From: Camelus dromedarius | Lineage: Eukaryota | Direction of reading: 5' to 3' | DNA length: 64,000 bases | Assembly: GCF_036321535.1 (NCBI RefSeq) | Contig: NC_087436.1 | Location: forward strand, 11,408,001-11,472,000 | Shown: positions 50,601 through 64,000 of the stretch, piece by piece | Layout: each line of letters opens with the position of its first letter | Numbering within the stretch: position 1 is the stretch's first letter | Notes under the pieces: generated by a model | Database searches by the model: none | What the model was told of the DNA's origin: nothing | What the model saw: the letters and a program-made list of their open reading frames with translations, nothing else | Position numbers and translations under genes: made by a program

Positions 50601-51879
50601 CTTGCTACCACAGCCCATCCTCTGGTCCCAAAGATTCACATCTGTCGCACATGCCAGTTACATTCACCTCATCTCAACCTCCCCAGAGTCTCAACCTCCT
50701 ACTGCTGTGGTGTTGGTTATACGACTTTACCTGCACATTCTCCAAAAGTCGTACACCAACAGTGAATTTTAGTGAATTTAAATGTTAAAATTGGGCTTTT
50801 AAGACGGCCTGCCCTCTCTCTATGGAGTGTGTGATCCCCCCTGAATAAACCTACTTTCACTTTTAAAAAATTAAAAATTATTTTTAAAAACTGGTTGTCG
50901 AAAGAGAGGAAACAGCCAAGGAGACAGAATTCACCAGGAAGGTGGAAAGAAACCCCAAGATTGTGGTGAGTGAGCCGGAAGCCAGGTAAAGAAAATAGCT
51001 CAAGGAGGGCATGGTAAAATCAAGCTGTTGACATCCAGGACCAGGAGAGGTGAGAACTGGCTCAGACACCTGGAGGCCTCCCCCAGCCTTGGCAGCAGCA
51101 GTCTCTGGGGAGAAGTGGAGGCAAAAGCTGCACAGAAATGTGAGGTCAAGAGAGAATCAGAGGAGAGGAACCAGAAGTTGACACAGACCCGAGTGCTGTC
51201 AGTGGCCATCCCTAAAATATTTGTTATTGGCCCCCCAGGAGGTGACACACCATGTCTTCTGCTGAGAAACCTTGCTTTGAAAACCTGAGCTGATCCTCTC
51301 AATGCCTGGAGACAGAACTGACTTGCATGCTGGCTCCGGGCCTTAATCTCAGGACTTGCACCAGCCTGGAGCCCATCCGTCAGACCACACCCTGGAATGT
51401 TCTTCCACCTGCTTTACAATCTCTACACTTAAAAAATGTGGTTCCTCTCCTATTCTTTGGTCATTGTGAGTTTCTGCCTTAAATTTTTCTTTACTATCTT
51501 TCTAGGGGTTTAAGGAAGAAACGATAGTAAGTTTGTATATTCAATCCACCCACTGTCTTATTTTTTTTCTTGTGAGCACCAGGTTTACTTTGTGTGTATG
51601 GCATGTGTTACTACTTAAAAGGTGGTTTATGAAGTGTACTGGGTTGTAACTTAACATTTTAAAATTTAATATATGCTGAACATTTCTTTATTAATTAGAG
51701 AGTAAAAGTCACTGGAAAAATTTTTTAACTAATACAGAAATAGAAGAAAAGGCCCCAAATCCCTTAATTTTATTTTCTCCTTGTTCAGCCCCCACCTTTC
51801 AGTCTTCCATTCGAGTCACATACCCCTTCCAGTGAGAGCTACGGGTTTGTTTTACATCCTTCTGGACTCCCTTCTATCT

Positions 51880-51884
<5 letters not shown>

Positions 51885-51914
<30 letters not shown>
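51885..51914. repeat. (CA)n microsatellite
   Basis: Direct reading. Confidence 0.95.
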
Positions 51915-51916
<2 letters not shown>

Positions 51917-52360
51917 ATTTTTAACCTAAGTGGGATGTCACAACTTCACGTTGGGGGATATAGATACAGAGATGCAGATGCCAAGGTCATTTTTCAAAAT
52001 GCTGCAGGGTTTCATGCCATGAATCTATCAGAACTTCTTTAAGGATTCACCTAGGAATCTTTTTCAGCTGCCTAATATTGAAAAATAATGAGTAAATCTT
52101 CACTTATGTAACCCTTCACACATGAATACTTTTGCAGGAAAGATGGTTGGAGTGAAAATTATTTGGTCAAATTACCACTACAAGTGCTATTCCAGTTACG
52201 AGCCCCTTATCACCACATCCGCACGCCCATTTCTGCAGACTCCTGCCCAAAGTGGACATAACCAATCTCTACATTCTCGCTACTCCGCTTCCCCAAAATG
52301 CCCTGTTTGACTTGTGTCTACCTCCCTGATAGGTAAGAGAGTGGAGCATCTTTTTAGTTG

Positions 52361-52946
52361 CAGACAGACCTTGCTTTATTGTTCTTCAAAGATACTGTGG
52401 TTTTTGTTTTTGTTTTTTAATAACAAATTGAAGGTTTGTGGCAACCCTGCCTTGAGCAACTCATTGTTGCCATTTTTCCAACAGTATTTGCACACTTCGT
52501 GTCTGTGTGTCACATTTTGGTAATTCTCACAATGTTACTGTTGCTAAAAGTTACAACTCACTGAGGGCTTAGCATTTTCTAGTAATGAGGTTTTTTTCGT
52601 TGTTTTTTTTTAAGACAGCCCAGTCTTTAGGCAGGTAGGTTTTATTTATTTATTGGTAACTTTATTTTTTTTCAGTTGGAGGTACTGGGAATTGAACCCA
52701 GGACCTTGTGCGTGCTAAGCACTGGCTCTACCACTGGGCTATACCCCGACCCTCCTAAAGTACTTCTTAATTAAGGTATGTACCTTGTTTCCTTCGACAC
52801 AATGCTATCGCACATTTAACAGTCTATAGTAACAAACTTTTACACACACTGGGAAATCCCAAAATTCAAGTGACTCACTTTACTGTGATAGTCATTTTAC
52901 TGCGGTGTCTGGAATGGAAACTGCAACATCTCTGAGGTGTGCCTGT
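52361..52946 (+). mobile_element. Tigger1-like DNA transposon, internally deleted
   Basis: acaaattgaaggtttgtggcaaccctg; right end ctgaggtgtgcctg|ta. Confidence 0.75.
52600..52750 (-). mobile_element. tRNA-derived SINE (Vic-1-like) inside a Tigger element
   Basis: ggaggtactgggaattgaacccaggaccttgtgcgtgctaagc. Confidence 0.8.
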
Positions 52947-53744
52947 AGTTTTAAGCACTGTTTTGTCTATGAGCTGCATCTTTTTGTTTGCTTATTTTTC
53001 TTTGCTTTGCTTTTTAAAATCTGAAATTTAATATTTGAATAGGTATAAAAAACAATTTTCAAAATTCAAAAGGTAGAAAGGGACAGATAATGACATCCCC
53101 TTCCACTCATTTCTCAGCTACCTAGTTCCCCTTCTCGGAGGCAACCAGAGATACTAGTTTTTATAGGTTTAGAGACTGTCAGTGCATACATAAGGAAACG
53201 CATTTATATGGAAAATGTACACATATCTTCTTTTTACACAGATGGTAGCATACTATCTAGTCTGTACTGTGTTTTTTCTCAAAAACATACGGAGATTATT
53301 TCTTCTCAGTAAGTAGATGACTTCCTCGTTCTTTTTGATGGTGTTATGTAGCCAGTCTTCTCCTGATGGACATTTCATTTGTGTTCTAATTTTGGTTACA
53401 ACAAATAATCATGCAATTAATGCTTTCACCATAGGTGGAAGCATGTCCCTAGGATAAATTCCTGGAAGTGGTATTGCTGAATAAAGGTCATAAGCATTTG
53501 CCGTTTTGGCAGATATTTCTGAATCTGCCTTCCGCAGTTCACGCGTCCCAGTGGGCTGGTCGCCCTCACCCTCGTTCACAAGGCAGTCACACGTTCACAC
53601 GTCTGGTTTGCTATCTCACGCAGGTCAGTTCGAATTCTCCTTAGGACCGAGATTTATCATCTTTTAAAAGGCTTATGAAGCATTTGTGTTTCCTTTTCTG
53701 TGAACTCTGTTCATATTTTGGTGGTAGTTGTTCTTTTTATATTA

Positions 53745-54690
53745 GAAAATTCTGCCCTTCGTCTGTGCAAGGGAACCCCCCTACCCCCCGCCGTGTGTCT
53801 TCTCTCACACATCAAACAAATTCTGCGACATCAGCCAGCTGGGTGTCTCCCCAAACCACGTACCTGGAGATCATGGCCCCTCCCACAGGTTTAGGGGCTC
53901 AGTCCCACGAGGCTGTCCCTGCCCCTCCACGCCCCTCCATGCTGAGGAGCCAATCACAAGCCCAGGTTGTCATTCGTGCTTCCCACAAGCCTCTCCTTAG
54001 CTTCCTTTAATTTCCTAGAGCAGCTCACAGAGCTCAGGAAAACATTTGACTTACTAAATTACCAGTTTATTCTGAAAGGCTGTAACTCAGAAACAGCTGG
54101 ATGGGAGCGATGCATGAGGCAAGGCATATGAGAAGGGGCAAGGCTTCCACACCCCTCTGAGCACTGGTACCCTCTCCTCGTCTCCACGTGCTCACAAGAA
54201 CATCCAGGCCCCATCCTTTTGAGGTTTTACGGAGACTTTGTTACATAGGCAGGAAAGGTTAAATCATTGGCCATTGGTGACTGGTTTGACCTTCAGCCCC
54301 TCTCCCCTCCCCTCTCCCCTCCCTAGAAGTTGGTAGAAAGGAATTTGGTCAGTTTCCCAGGCAACCAGCCCCAATCCTTAGGTCCTTTCCAAAAGGCACC
54401 TATGAACATAAGCTCAGCTGTGGTTGAAAGGGGATTGTTACCTTTTCACTTCTATTTATTTGAGAATTGATGACCGGAAGGGTAGAGCTCAGTGGTAGAG
54501 CGTGTGCTTAGCATGCATGAGATCCTGGGTTCAACCCCCAGTACCTCGCTGGAAAAAAAAATTGATAGCAAAAGACCAAGTATTGTAACAAAAGACGCTG
54601 TCATTGCTCTTATCACATAGGAAGTTTCAAGGGCTTTAGGAGATCTGTGCTAAATCTATATTTCTTATTATAAATCACACTCTCAGCCTA
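53745..54690. mobile_element. MER21-like LTR
   Basis: ctagagcagctcacagagctcaggaaaacatttgactta. Confidence 0.6.
54476..54560 (+). mobile_element. tRNA-derived SINE (Vic-1-like, short)
   Basis: gggtagagctcagtggtagagcgtgtgcttagcatgcatgag; TSD aattgat. Confidence 0.85.
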
Positions 54691-55689
54691 TGACTTAAAT
54701 TGTGAATGTTTTTTTACAGTTTCTTACTTGTCCTATAACTTTTGTCTTGTTCATCTTGGAGTAGTTTTTCCCAAGGGGAAGTTTTAACTTTTATGTAGTT
54801 AAATGTATCAGGCTTTTCACCTATGGCTTCTATGCCAACCTTAAAAACACTCAAGAGTTCCTGCCTCTGAAATGATTTTAAAAACCTATCCCACTGTTTA
54901 TTTCTAATACTTTAAAAGTTTCATTTTAAACCATGAAATCTTTGAATCAGCTAGATTTAGACGATATGCATAGTAAGATGGAGATAATAACCCAAGTGTT
55001 TTTCCTTGGTGCTCTACCCACTTGTCTTAATACCACTTACTGACAGAGCTAACTTTTCTGTGAGATTTTAAGTGTCACCTTTATATACTAAGCTCCCATA
55101 TGTATTTTGGTCTATTTCTTCATTTCCTACTTCATTTTGTTGATCTGATTATCCCTGGACAGTATCTCTGTGTAATTATTTCCATTACTCTAATAACAGA
55201 ACATTGTAACGTTATTGTGCCCAGTCTCTTACATATAGCTTTAGTCCTCTTGTAGACAGACACATTCACTGAGGGAGAACGCCGCGTGATGGCGTCAAGC
55301 CACTTTCTGAGCATGTCATGCCTTTTCGAGGCTTCTTTTGTATCTTTCAGCAGTGTTCCCAAGTTTTCTTTAAAAAGATCTGGGTATTTAATCGTTTTTG
55401 TTGTTACTATAGATGAGACTTTTTCTCTTTTTTGTGTTTTTTTTTTTGTTATTTTTAAAATTTTTTGCTTTTTAAAATTCTGTCTTTTACTTTTGTTTGT
55501 TTTTGTATTCTTTCTTTTCTTTTCTTTTCATTTTCTTTTCTTTTCATTTTCTTTTCTTTTCTTTTTTTTGGATGAGGGCTTTTCTTGAATTGTATCTTCT
55601 AACTGGTAGTTCCTTGTATAAAGCAACAGATTTTTACATATTAACTTTGCACCCAGCCACGTTACTAAATTCTCTAATTTCTGTATTTG

Positions 55690-55828
55690 TTTGTTTGTTT
55701 GGTCTTTTTGGTAGGGGTGGGAAATTAGGTTTATTTATTTATTTAAATTTAATGGAAGTACAGGGGATTGGACCTAGGACCTTGTGCATGCTAAGCATGC
55801 GCTCTACTACTGAGCTCTACCTCCCTCC
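55690..55828 (-). mobile_element. tRNA-derived SINE (Vic-1-like)
   Basis: ggaccttgtgcatgctaagcatgcgctctactactgagct; TSD ctgtattt. Confidence 0.8.
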
Positions 55829-55964
55829 TCACTGTATTTTTTTTTTAATAATAGTCTTTCCAATAGGTCCTTTGGAGTTTTCTGGGTATTCAAACATATT
55901 ATCTGCAAATAATGGTAATTCTATCATTATGTTTTTACTCTATAAAGATTCATATTCTTTTTTT

Positions 55965-57860
55965 TATAATATCATTTTTAATTGAAGTATAGTTGATGTA
56001 CAATATTATATGTTACAGGTATACAATAGAGTGGTTCACAATTTTTAAAGGTTATACTCCATTTATAGTTAATATAAAATATTGGCTGTGTTCCCCATGT
56101 TGTACAGCACAGCCTTGTAGCTGATTTTATACCTGATAGTTTGTACCTCTTAATTCTCCACCTCATTACCCCTCCTTCTTCCCTCTCCCCACTGGTAACC
56201 ACTAGTTCCTTCTCTCCATCTGTGAGTCTGTTTCTTTTCTGTTATATTCACAAGTTTGTTGTATTTTTTTGATTCCATGTGTAAGTGGTATCTTATAATA
56301 TTTGTCTTTCTCTGCCTGGCTTATTTCACTTAGCATAATGCCCTCCAAGTCCCTCCATGATGGACACCAGAGACTAACACAACGTTTTGAATCAACTGTA
56401 CTTTAATTAAAAAGCAAACAAACAAAAAACCAACCCATTTAAAACATGAGCAGGACTAAACAGACATTTTCCTAAAAGAGGAGATGCAGATGGCCAACAG
56501 GAACATGAAAAGTTGCTCAACATCACTAATATCAAGGAAATGCAAATCTCACACCTGTCAGAATGACCATCAATAAAAAGAACACAAATAACAAATGTTG
56601 GCAAGGAGAAAAGGGAACCCTGGTACACTGTTGGTGGGAATGTAAAATGGTGCAGCCACTATGGAAAACAATATGGGGGGTTCTCAAAAATCTAAAAATA
56701 GAACCATCATATGGCCCAGCAGTTCCACTCCTGGGCATATATCTGAGCAAAAAAAAAAGTTAATTCAAAAAGATACATACACCCTGCTATTAACAGCAAC
56801 ATCATTTGTAATTGTCAAGATATGGAAGCATCTTAAGTGCACATCAATAGATGAGTGGATAAAGAAGATGTAGCACATATATGCAATGGAATACAACTCA
56901 CCCATAATAAAGAAGGATATTTTGCCATTTGCAGCCCTTCATTCACTTTTTTTTTTTTTTTGCACTTCAACAATCAGAATTTTATAACTGGCATAAACAT
57001 TTCCATTGCATCAAAAACAACAAAATACCTGGAAATAAACTTAACCAAGGAGGTCACCTATACTCTAAAAACTGTACAACACTGATGAAGGAAATTGAAG
57101 ATGATATAAAGAAATGGAAAGATACCTTGTAGTCCTGGATTGGGAGAATCAAGATGATCAAAATGGCTGTACTACCTACTACCCAAAGCAATCTACAGAT
57201 CTACTGCAACCCCTATCAAAATACTCACAACATTCTTTCTTCACAGAACTAGTTCAAACAATTCCAGAATTTATCTGGAACCACAGAAGACCTCAAATTG
57301 CCAAAGCGATCTTTTGTAGGTCTTTTAAATTTTTTTTCCTCTTCTTTTTGTTCTGTTTTCTTATGGTTTGATGACTAGAAACGTTCCTTTAACATTTGTT
57401 GTGATGCTGGTTTGGTGGTGGTGAATTCTTTTAGCTTTTGTTTATCTGTGAAGCTTTTGATTTCTCATCAAGTCTGAATGAGAGTCTTGCTGGATAGAGT
57501 ATTCTTCGTTCTAAGTTTTCCCCTTTCATCACTTTAAATATATCATGCCACTCCCTTGTGGCTTGTAGAGTTTCTGCTGAAAAATCAGCCGATAACCTTA
57601 TGGGAATTCCCTTGTATGTTATTTGTTGCTTTTTTCTTGCTGATTTTAATATTTTCTCCTTATCCTTAATTTTTGTCAGTTTGATGACTATGTGCCTTGG
57701 TGTGGTACTCTCTGTGCTTCCTAGACTTGGGTGACTGTTTCCTTTCCCAAGCGAGGGAAATTTTCAGTTATTATCTCTTCAGAAATTTTCTCAGGTCCTG
57801 TCTCTCCCTCTTCTCTTTCTGGGACCCCTCTAATGAGAATATTAGTGCACTTCAAGTTGT
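55965..57860. mobile_element. Mosaic of L1 fragments in both orientations (3' UTR, ORF2, ORF1)
   Basis: Minus 3' UTR 55965-56357; plus ORF2 56430-57310 ([17 protein letters not shown]); minus ORF1 57370-57850 (GVPEREEGETGPEKISEEIITENFP). Confidence 0.8.
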
Positions 57861-59151
57861 ATTTATGTCTGTGGAGTTTTTCTGGGTATTCAATCATATT
57901 ATATGCAAATAATGGTAATTTTACCATTACCTCTTCAATCTATAAAGATTCATATTCTTTTTCTTAACTGAATGTTTTGTTGAAACCTCAGGAATAATAA
58001 TATGTGGACATTTTTGTCCTAATTTTTATGTTAATGGGAACTTATTTGATGTTTCCTACTATCTTTGTCTGTTTTCTGTTGCATTATATCTTTTCAAAAT
58101 GAAAATCTTAAATAGGAATACTTGACTCTTACATTATAAATATTTTTCCCATACTGGTAAGTTTATTTTTGATTTTGTATATGGGACCGGACATCTTCCA
58201 AATCAGTATATATGTATGTGTATATGTAGTTAATTACATGAAACTATCTCATTGTATGTATTTTCATACATCCTTTATCATATTGAGATAAACTCCTCTC
58301 CCATTTTCACTGTTATCAACACTCCTGCCATGATTTTGCATGTCTTTGTGCACTTGTGTATCATGCTGGATAATGGTTGTATATTTTCACTTTGAAATCT
58401 ATGCTACATCTGAAATGAATACATTACCTTCTAGTCAGGGGAGAGAAAAACAAAGTAAATAAGTAAATTATATAATATGGAGGGTGGAAAGTACAATGGG
58501 GGAAAAAAAAAGGTGTAGCAGCAGAAAAATCTTCCCTTCTTCCCTCCTAGTTTCTTTTGCTGGTTTAATAAGAAAATAAATATAAAACAGATTAACAGGA
58601 GAAAAACAGATTTAATTTTGTACATGTAGGAGCCCCATAAAAAATGAGATGCAAAGAAGTAACCAAAGCAGGAAGCTACCCTTTTGTGAGAAACATTTAC
58701 ATTTATAAATGAAATCTCCATTTATAAGTGCATCTCCTCCTCTGTACCAGGAAGAGGAGGATGACTCTACATCTTCACAAGCCCTACCAAGGGAGAGGGC
58801 AAAGTCCTACATCTGCATAACAACCCTGCTCTTGTTGACTGTGCTTTTCCTATAGCCTCCTGTAACCAGCTCCCCCACTCCCCAACATCCTTTGTCCTTA
58901 GCTGGAAATGGCATCTAAGGTGGTGGCTTTGGCCATTTGGGGGAGTTACTCAGTTTTCTCGGGTCTCCTATGACCACAGGAGGTATACATGTTATTAAAC
59001 TTCTCCTGTTTATTATCTTTTCTTACAGACAGTTCTCAGTCAAGAACTTAGAAGGGTAGAGGGAAAATTATTTTTCCTCCCCTCTGCAAGGTTTGTTTAC
59101 ACAGCCTTCCTGGCCCTAAATTCCCCATCCGGTGATAAGGATGTCTTCTTG

Positions 59152-59793
59152 GTGTTACCAGATCCAAACTGGGTCTGCTCACCCACCTGCAGTCAAGCCA
59201 ATCTACTGATACCACGTTGTGGTGAACAAAGTCCAACATTTATTTCAGGCCCCAAATAAGAAGAGCGAGAAGCTTGTGCTTAAGAGTCCCGAACTCCCTG
59301 ATGGCTTTGAGGGAAGAGTTTTAATTTAAAGGCAACCTTTGGGGTGAGGGCTGCAGGGTGCATGACAGGTTTGTGGTGATACCTGTCCTCTGACAGGTTG
59401 GTGGTGAGGTAACAGGGTGGTGTTTCAGAAATCTTAATCATCTACCTTCTGGCTCCAGGTCTGGGGTCTACATGCTTGTGCCCAGCATGCAGTCACTGTC
59501 CTCCACCGGGGTGGGGGGTCTTAGTTCCTGCAGAACTCAAACATATGCATCAGATTGTTATGTGTATCCCATGAGGAGGAACTAGGACTGTTTTATTGCT
59601 GTACTATTGTTTCTTGACTGCTTTCCCTTTGGTTCTGCACTCCCTCCTTTCCCTAATAAGTAACTGCTCTTTGGAACTCAGGAAAGGCCTAGGAAAAGCC
59701 TAGGAAACTAAAGCCTTTTTATACAAACAAGAACTGAGGGCATGGAGGGGCTTTTGTACTCAGGAGGGCCCTAGAGAGTCCTGCTCCGTTTCA
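59152..59793 (-). mobile_element. Solo ERV1-type LTR within older LTR sequence
   Basis: tgttaccag...gtttca termini; shares blocks with 45333-45886 (ggggtgag..ctgcagggt, gaggaggaac.aggac). Confidence 0.65.
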
Positions 59794-60998
59794 CTGGTAT
59801 GGGGAGGGTACCTTTTACATGGGAGGTTTATCCCCTGATTTCACAGGAACAAAGGAGGGACAGAGTTTCCTTCTTGTAGTGGTTGTCAGGTAACTTTAGT
59901 TCAAAATAATCAATATGCCAAAGTGGCATATTTTGGGGTGACATATTCTGAACCCCTAGAAGGATAAGGGAGACAGAGGGCTGAGTGTGGGGAGAAGGCC
60001 TCACTGAGAAAGACATGTGAACAAAAGCCTGAAGGGAAACACTCTTCCTCAGGAAACCCAGGGGATGTTTTGAGATTCTTCTGACTTGTGATTATCACAT
60101 AGTTGAGGTTTGTTTCCTCAAGAATTCATGAGACTGACAGATAGGAGTTTTGTATTCAAGACTCCGAAAAGCATCTCTGGTCAGGTTGCGAGATCACTAA
60201 ATAACGGTGTCTTCCATGAAAAAGGATAGGGGGAGGACACTAAGTTCATTTTGTTTGCCATTCAGTTTTCTGAATGGCTACAAAACACAAAAGCTAAATT
60301 CTTTCCACAAGTGACATTAACATCAGAATACTCCACGTGGTCTAATTTACAGAAGATTCATATCCATCAAACCCAACAGTTGGCTTATCTGTCTACAGCG
60401 TTCACTTCCACCTCCCCCTCCAGCACTCCACTCCAGCCAGTAGAATGTAGACTCCACGAGAACAGAAACCTCTTCTGATTGGCCCCTGCATTCCCAACAC
60501 CTCCAACACCCTCTGGTGCATGTCAGGCATGTCAGTTCTCAATTGAACATCAAGTGTTAAATGAAATGAAATGCTTATGTATGGAGACTGGAGGTTGCTA
60601 TGGGCATCCCAGGAGCCAGAAATACTGCCAAACAACCTACAATGCACAGGGCAGTTCCCACAACAAAGATCCTCCAACACAAAATGTCAACAGTGCTGAA
60701 GTTGGAGAATCCTGCCTTGGAGAAAAAAAAGGGAAAGGAATTAACTTGAATTAAGTAAGACTTTGGCTAGAATCCCTGGAAGAGGGAAAAAGGCCTCCAG
60801 CAGAAGCTTGGCTATGCTAACATTCCCTCAAGCCAGTGCCACTCTCACCCGATGTGCAGTGAACTTTCCACCAACACTGTGGGGACAGAATCCAGGCTGT
60901 GGTGTTTGCAGAGCACCTAGCAAAAGAACCCGAAGCAAATTAGGAAATATTTCCAACAAATACAAACTGAAGACTATCCTTATATATAAAGGAAGACT

Positions 60999-63160
60999 AG
61001 CTTCCCACTAAAATCTGGGACAAGACAAGGATGCCCACTATCACCACTCCTATTCAACATAGTCCTGGAAGTCCTAGCAGTCAGGCAAGAGAAAGAAATA
61101 AAAGGGATCCAATAAATTGGAAAAGAAGAGGTAAAAGTGTCATTATATGCTGATGACATGTTACTATACATAGAAAACCCTAAAAGGTCCACACAAAAGC
61201 TACTAGAGCTGATTGAAGAATTCAGCAAGGTAGCAGGTTACAAAATTAACGTTCAAAAATCAGTTGCATTTCTTTACACTAACGATAAATCAACAGAAGA
61301 AGAAAGTAAAGAAACAATCCCCTTTAAAATAGCACCCAAAGTAATAAAATATCTGGGAATAAATCTAACCAAGGAGGTGAAAGAATTATACACAGAAAAC
61401 TATAAACCATTGATGAAGGAAATTAAAGAAGACTCTAAAAAATGGAAAGATATTCCATGCTCTTGGATTGGAAGAATCAATATTGTTAAAATGGTCACAC
61501 TGCCCAAGGCAATCTACAGATTTAATGCAATCCCTATCCAATTACCCAGGACATATTTCACAGAACTAGAACAAATCATAATAAAATTTATATGGAACCA
61601 TCAAAGACCTAGAATTGCCAAAGCATTACTGAAGAGAAAGAAAGAGGCTGGAGGAATAACTCTCCCAGACTTCAGACAATACTATAGAGCTACAGTCATC
61701 AAGACAGCATGGTATTGGTACCAAAACACACATATAGACCAATGGAACAGAATAGAGAGCCCAGAAATGAACCCACAAACTTATGGTCAACTCATCTTCG
61801 ACAAAGGAGGTAAGAATATACAATGGAATAAAGACAGCCTCTTCAGCAAATGGTGTTGGGAAAACTGGACAGCAGCATGTAAAACAATGAAGCTAGAACA
61901 CTCCCTTACACCATATACAAAGATCAACTCAAAATGGACTAAAGACTTAAACATAAGACAAGATACAATAAACCTCCTAGAGGAAAACATAGGCAAAACA
62001 TTATCTGACATACATCTCAAAAATTTTCTCCTAGAAGAAATAAAAGCAAGAATAAACAAATGGGACCTAATGAAACTTACAAGCTTCTGCACAGCAAAGA
62101 AACCAGAAGTAAAACAAGAAGAAAACCTACGGAATGGGAGAAAATTTTTGCAAGTGAAACCGACAAAGGCTTGATCTCCAGAATATATAAGCAGCTCATA
62201 CGACTCAATAAGAAAAAAATAAACAACCCAATCCAAAAATGGGCAGAAGACCTAAACAAGCAATTCTCCAAGGAAGACATACAAATGATCAAAAAGCACA
62301 TGAAAAAATGCTCAATATCACTAATTATCAGAGAAATGCAAATCAAAACTACAATGAGGTATCACCTCACACCAGTCTGAATGGCCGTCATTCAAAAATC
62401 CATAAATGACAAATGCTGGAGAGGCTGTGGAGAAAGGGGAACCCTCCTACACTGCTGGTGGGAATGCAGTTTGGTGCAGCCACTATGGAAAACAGTGTGG
62501 AGATTCCTCAAAAGACTAGGAATAGACTTACCATATGACCCAGGAATCCCGCTCCTGGGCTTGTATCCAGAAGGAAATCTACTTCAGGATGACACCTGCA
62601 CCCCAATGTTCATAGCAGCACTATTTACAATAGCCAAAACATGGAAACAGCCTAAATTTCCATCAACAGGTGACTGGATAAAGAAGACGTGGTATATTTA
62701 TACAATGGAATACTACTCAGCCATAAAAACCGACAACATAATGCCATTTGCAGCAACATGGATGCTCCTGGAGAATGTCATTCTAAGTGAAGTAAGCCAG
62801 AAAGAGAAAGAAAAATACCATATGAGATCGCTCATATGTGGAATCTAAAAAACAAAAACAAACAAAAACAAAGCGTAAACACAGGACAGAAATAGACTCA
62901 CAGACAGAGAATACAGACTTGTGGTTACCGGGGGGTGGAGGGTGGGAAGGGATAGCCTGGGATTTCAAAATTGTAGAATAGATAAACAAGATTACACTGT
63001 ATAGCATAGGGAAATATACACAAAATGTTATGATAACTCACAGAGAAAAAAATGTGACAATGAGTGTGTATATGTCCATGAATGACTGAAAAATTGTGCT
63101 GAACACTGGAATTTGACACATTGTAAAATGATTATAAATCAATAAAAAATGTTAAAAAAA
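60999..63160 (+). mobile_element. Young 5'-truncated L1 (RT C-terminal part of ORF2 and 3' UTR)
   Basis: 345-aa ORF with YADD motif. Frameshift near 62100 and a stop at 62378-62380. Perfect 13-bp TSD ataaaggaagact (60986-60998, 63161-63173). Confidence 0.95.
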
Positions 63161-64000
63161 ATAAAGGAAGACTGCCTGTTAAGAAAAAAAAATATCCTAG
63201 GAGAATAATAAGAAAAAGACTTACACAAGAACATCACACAAAGATTTATAAAAAGACCAAAGGGTATGGGGGAAAAAAAAAAGCTCACCTGCATTAGTAT
63301 TCATTCAATAAGTCATGATCCTATTGTCATTTGAAGTAAACCCCCAAATTAAAAATACAGAAACATATCATGGATAGATACACATACACCCTTGATAAAG
63401 TGACTGTACCTGCCCTGTTTCAGGGCCATGTCACTCTGCTGCCCGCTTTCCCACGCTGCACAGCCTGATCCTCCTGAAACTAAAACCCACTGCCACTTCC
63501 TTGCCTGGAACCCTTCAGCGAACCCCATCCAAGCACAGACCCCTTGGGCACAGGGAGCGTCAAGGGCCCCCCAGAATCTGCCACCAGCCGCCCCTCCCAT
63601 GTCCTGCCCACATCGGGCTCAAGCTGCAGACAGTGCTGACATCATCTGTAGCTGCTCGTCCTTTTTCTTTACTCATGCATTTGCCTGGAATTCCTAAAGC
63701 CCGTCCCCCCAGGGAGCTCTCTGACCCGGATCCCTGTGGTACCCTGGGCTAACTGCCATCATTTCATTTACCACCGATCCTGGAAACCTTAGTCCTCTCC
63801 TTAGAACGTCAGCTACAAACTAGGTCTGTCTTAGTAACTTTTGTACCCATGGTGCTGGCACAGCACCTGCCTGGTGCATAGAACGCTTAACATGTAAACA
63901 GTTCTGCTCATTCTTTTTTGCTAGTTCTCATAATTCCATTTCCTTTTATTGTTTGAAATGTTCATTATTGGGGTTGGAAAGCGCAGTGGTGATTATACAG

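Noticed and set aside
61137..62174. 345-aa ORF with a YADD reverse-transcriptase motif as a novel RT system
   Set aside because: It is an ordinary truncated L1 ORF2 fragment.
1..64000. CRISPR arrays, operons or other prokaryotic systems
   Set aside because: The sequence is mammalian; no regularly spaced repeats other than microsatellites were seen.

Overview
Mammalian genomic DNA. It is most likely camelid, inferred from nine tRNA-derived SINEs of the Vic-1 type and artiodactyl-type L1 3' ends. The window covers part of the TRIM60/TRIM61/TRIM75 cluster of intronless-CDS RING/B-box/coiled-coil/PRY-SPRY genes. It contains: (i) an intact, extremely GC-rich TRIM75 on the + strand (CDS 37974-39419) with a recognisable promoter and non-coding first exon near 35.2-35.3 kb; (ii) a TRIM60-like paralog on the - strand (19288-17978) whose PRY-SPRY end is cut by a premature stop followed by a frameshift; (iii) the 5' UTR, first intron and promoter of a second TRIM60-like paralog whose CDS lies just left of base 1. 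The homologous intron is about 10.6 kb and ERV-filled in one copy and about 0.33 kb in the other. Also present are an RPS26 processed pseudogene, an unidentified decayed retrocopy-like segment upstream of the TRIM60-like promoters, and many L1, LTR/ERV, SINE and DNA-transposon fragments. I see no evidence of a wholly new biological system. The best leads are the birth-and-death and gene-conversion dynamics of the TRIM cluster, the extreme GC skew reshaping the TRIM75 PRY-SPRY domain, and germline/early-embryo-type promoter signatures. Repeat family names and boundaries are recognised by eye and are approximate.
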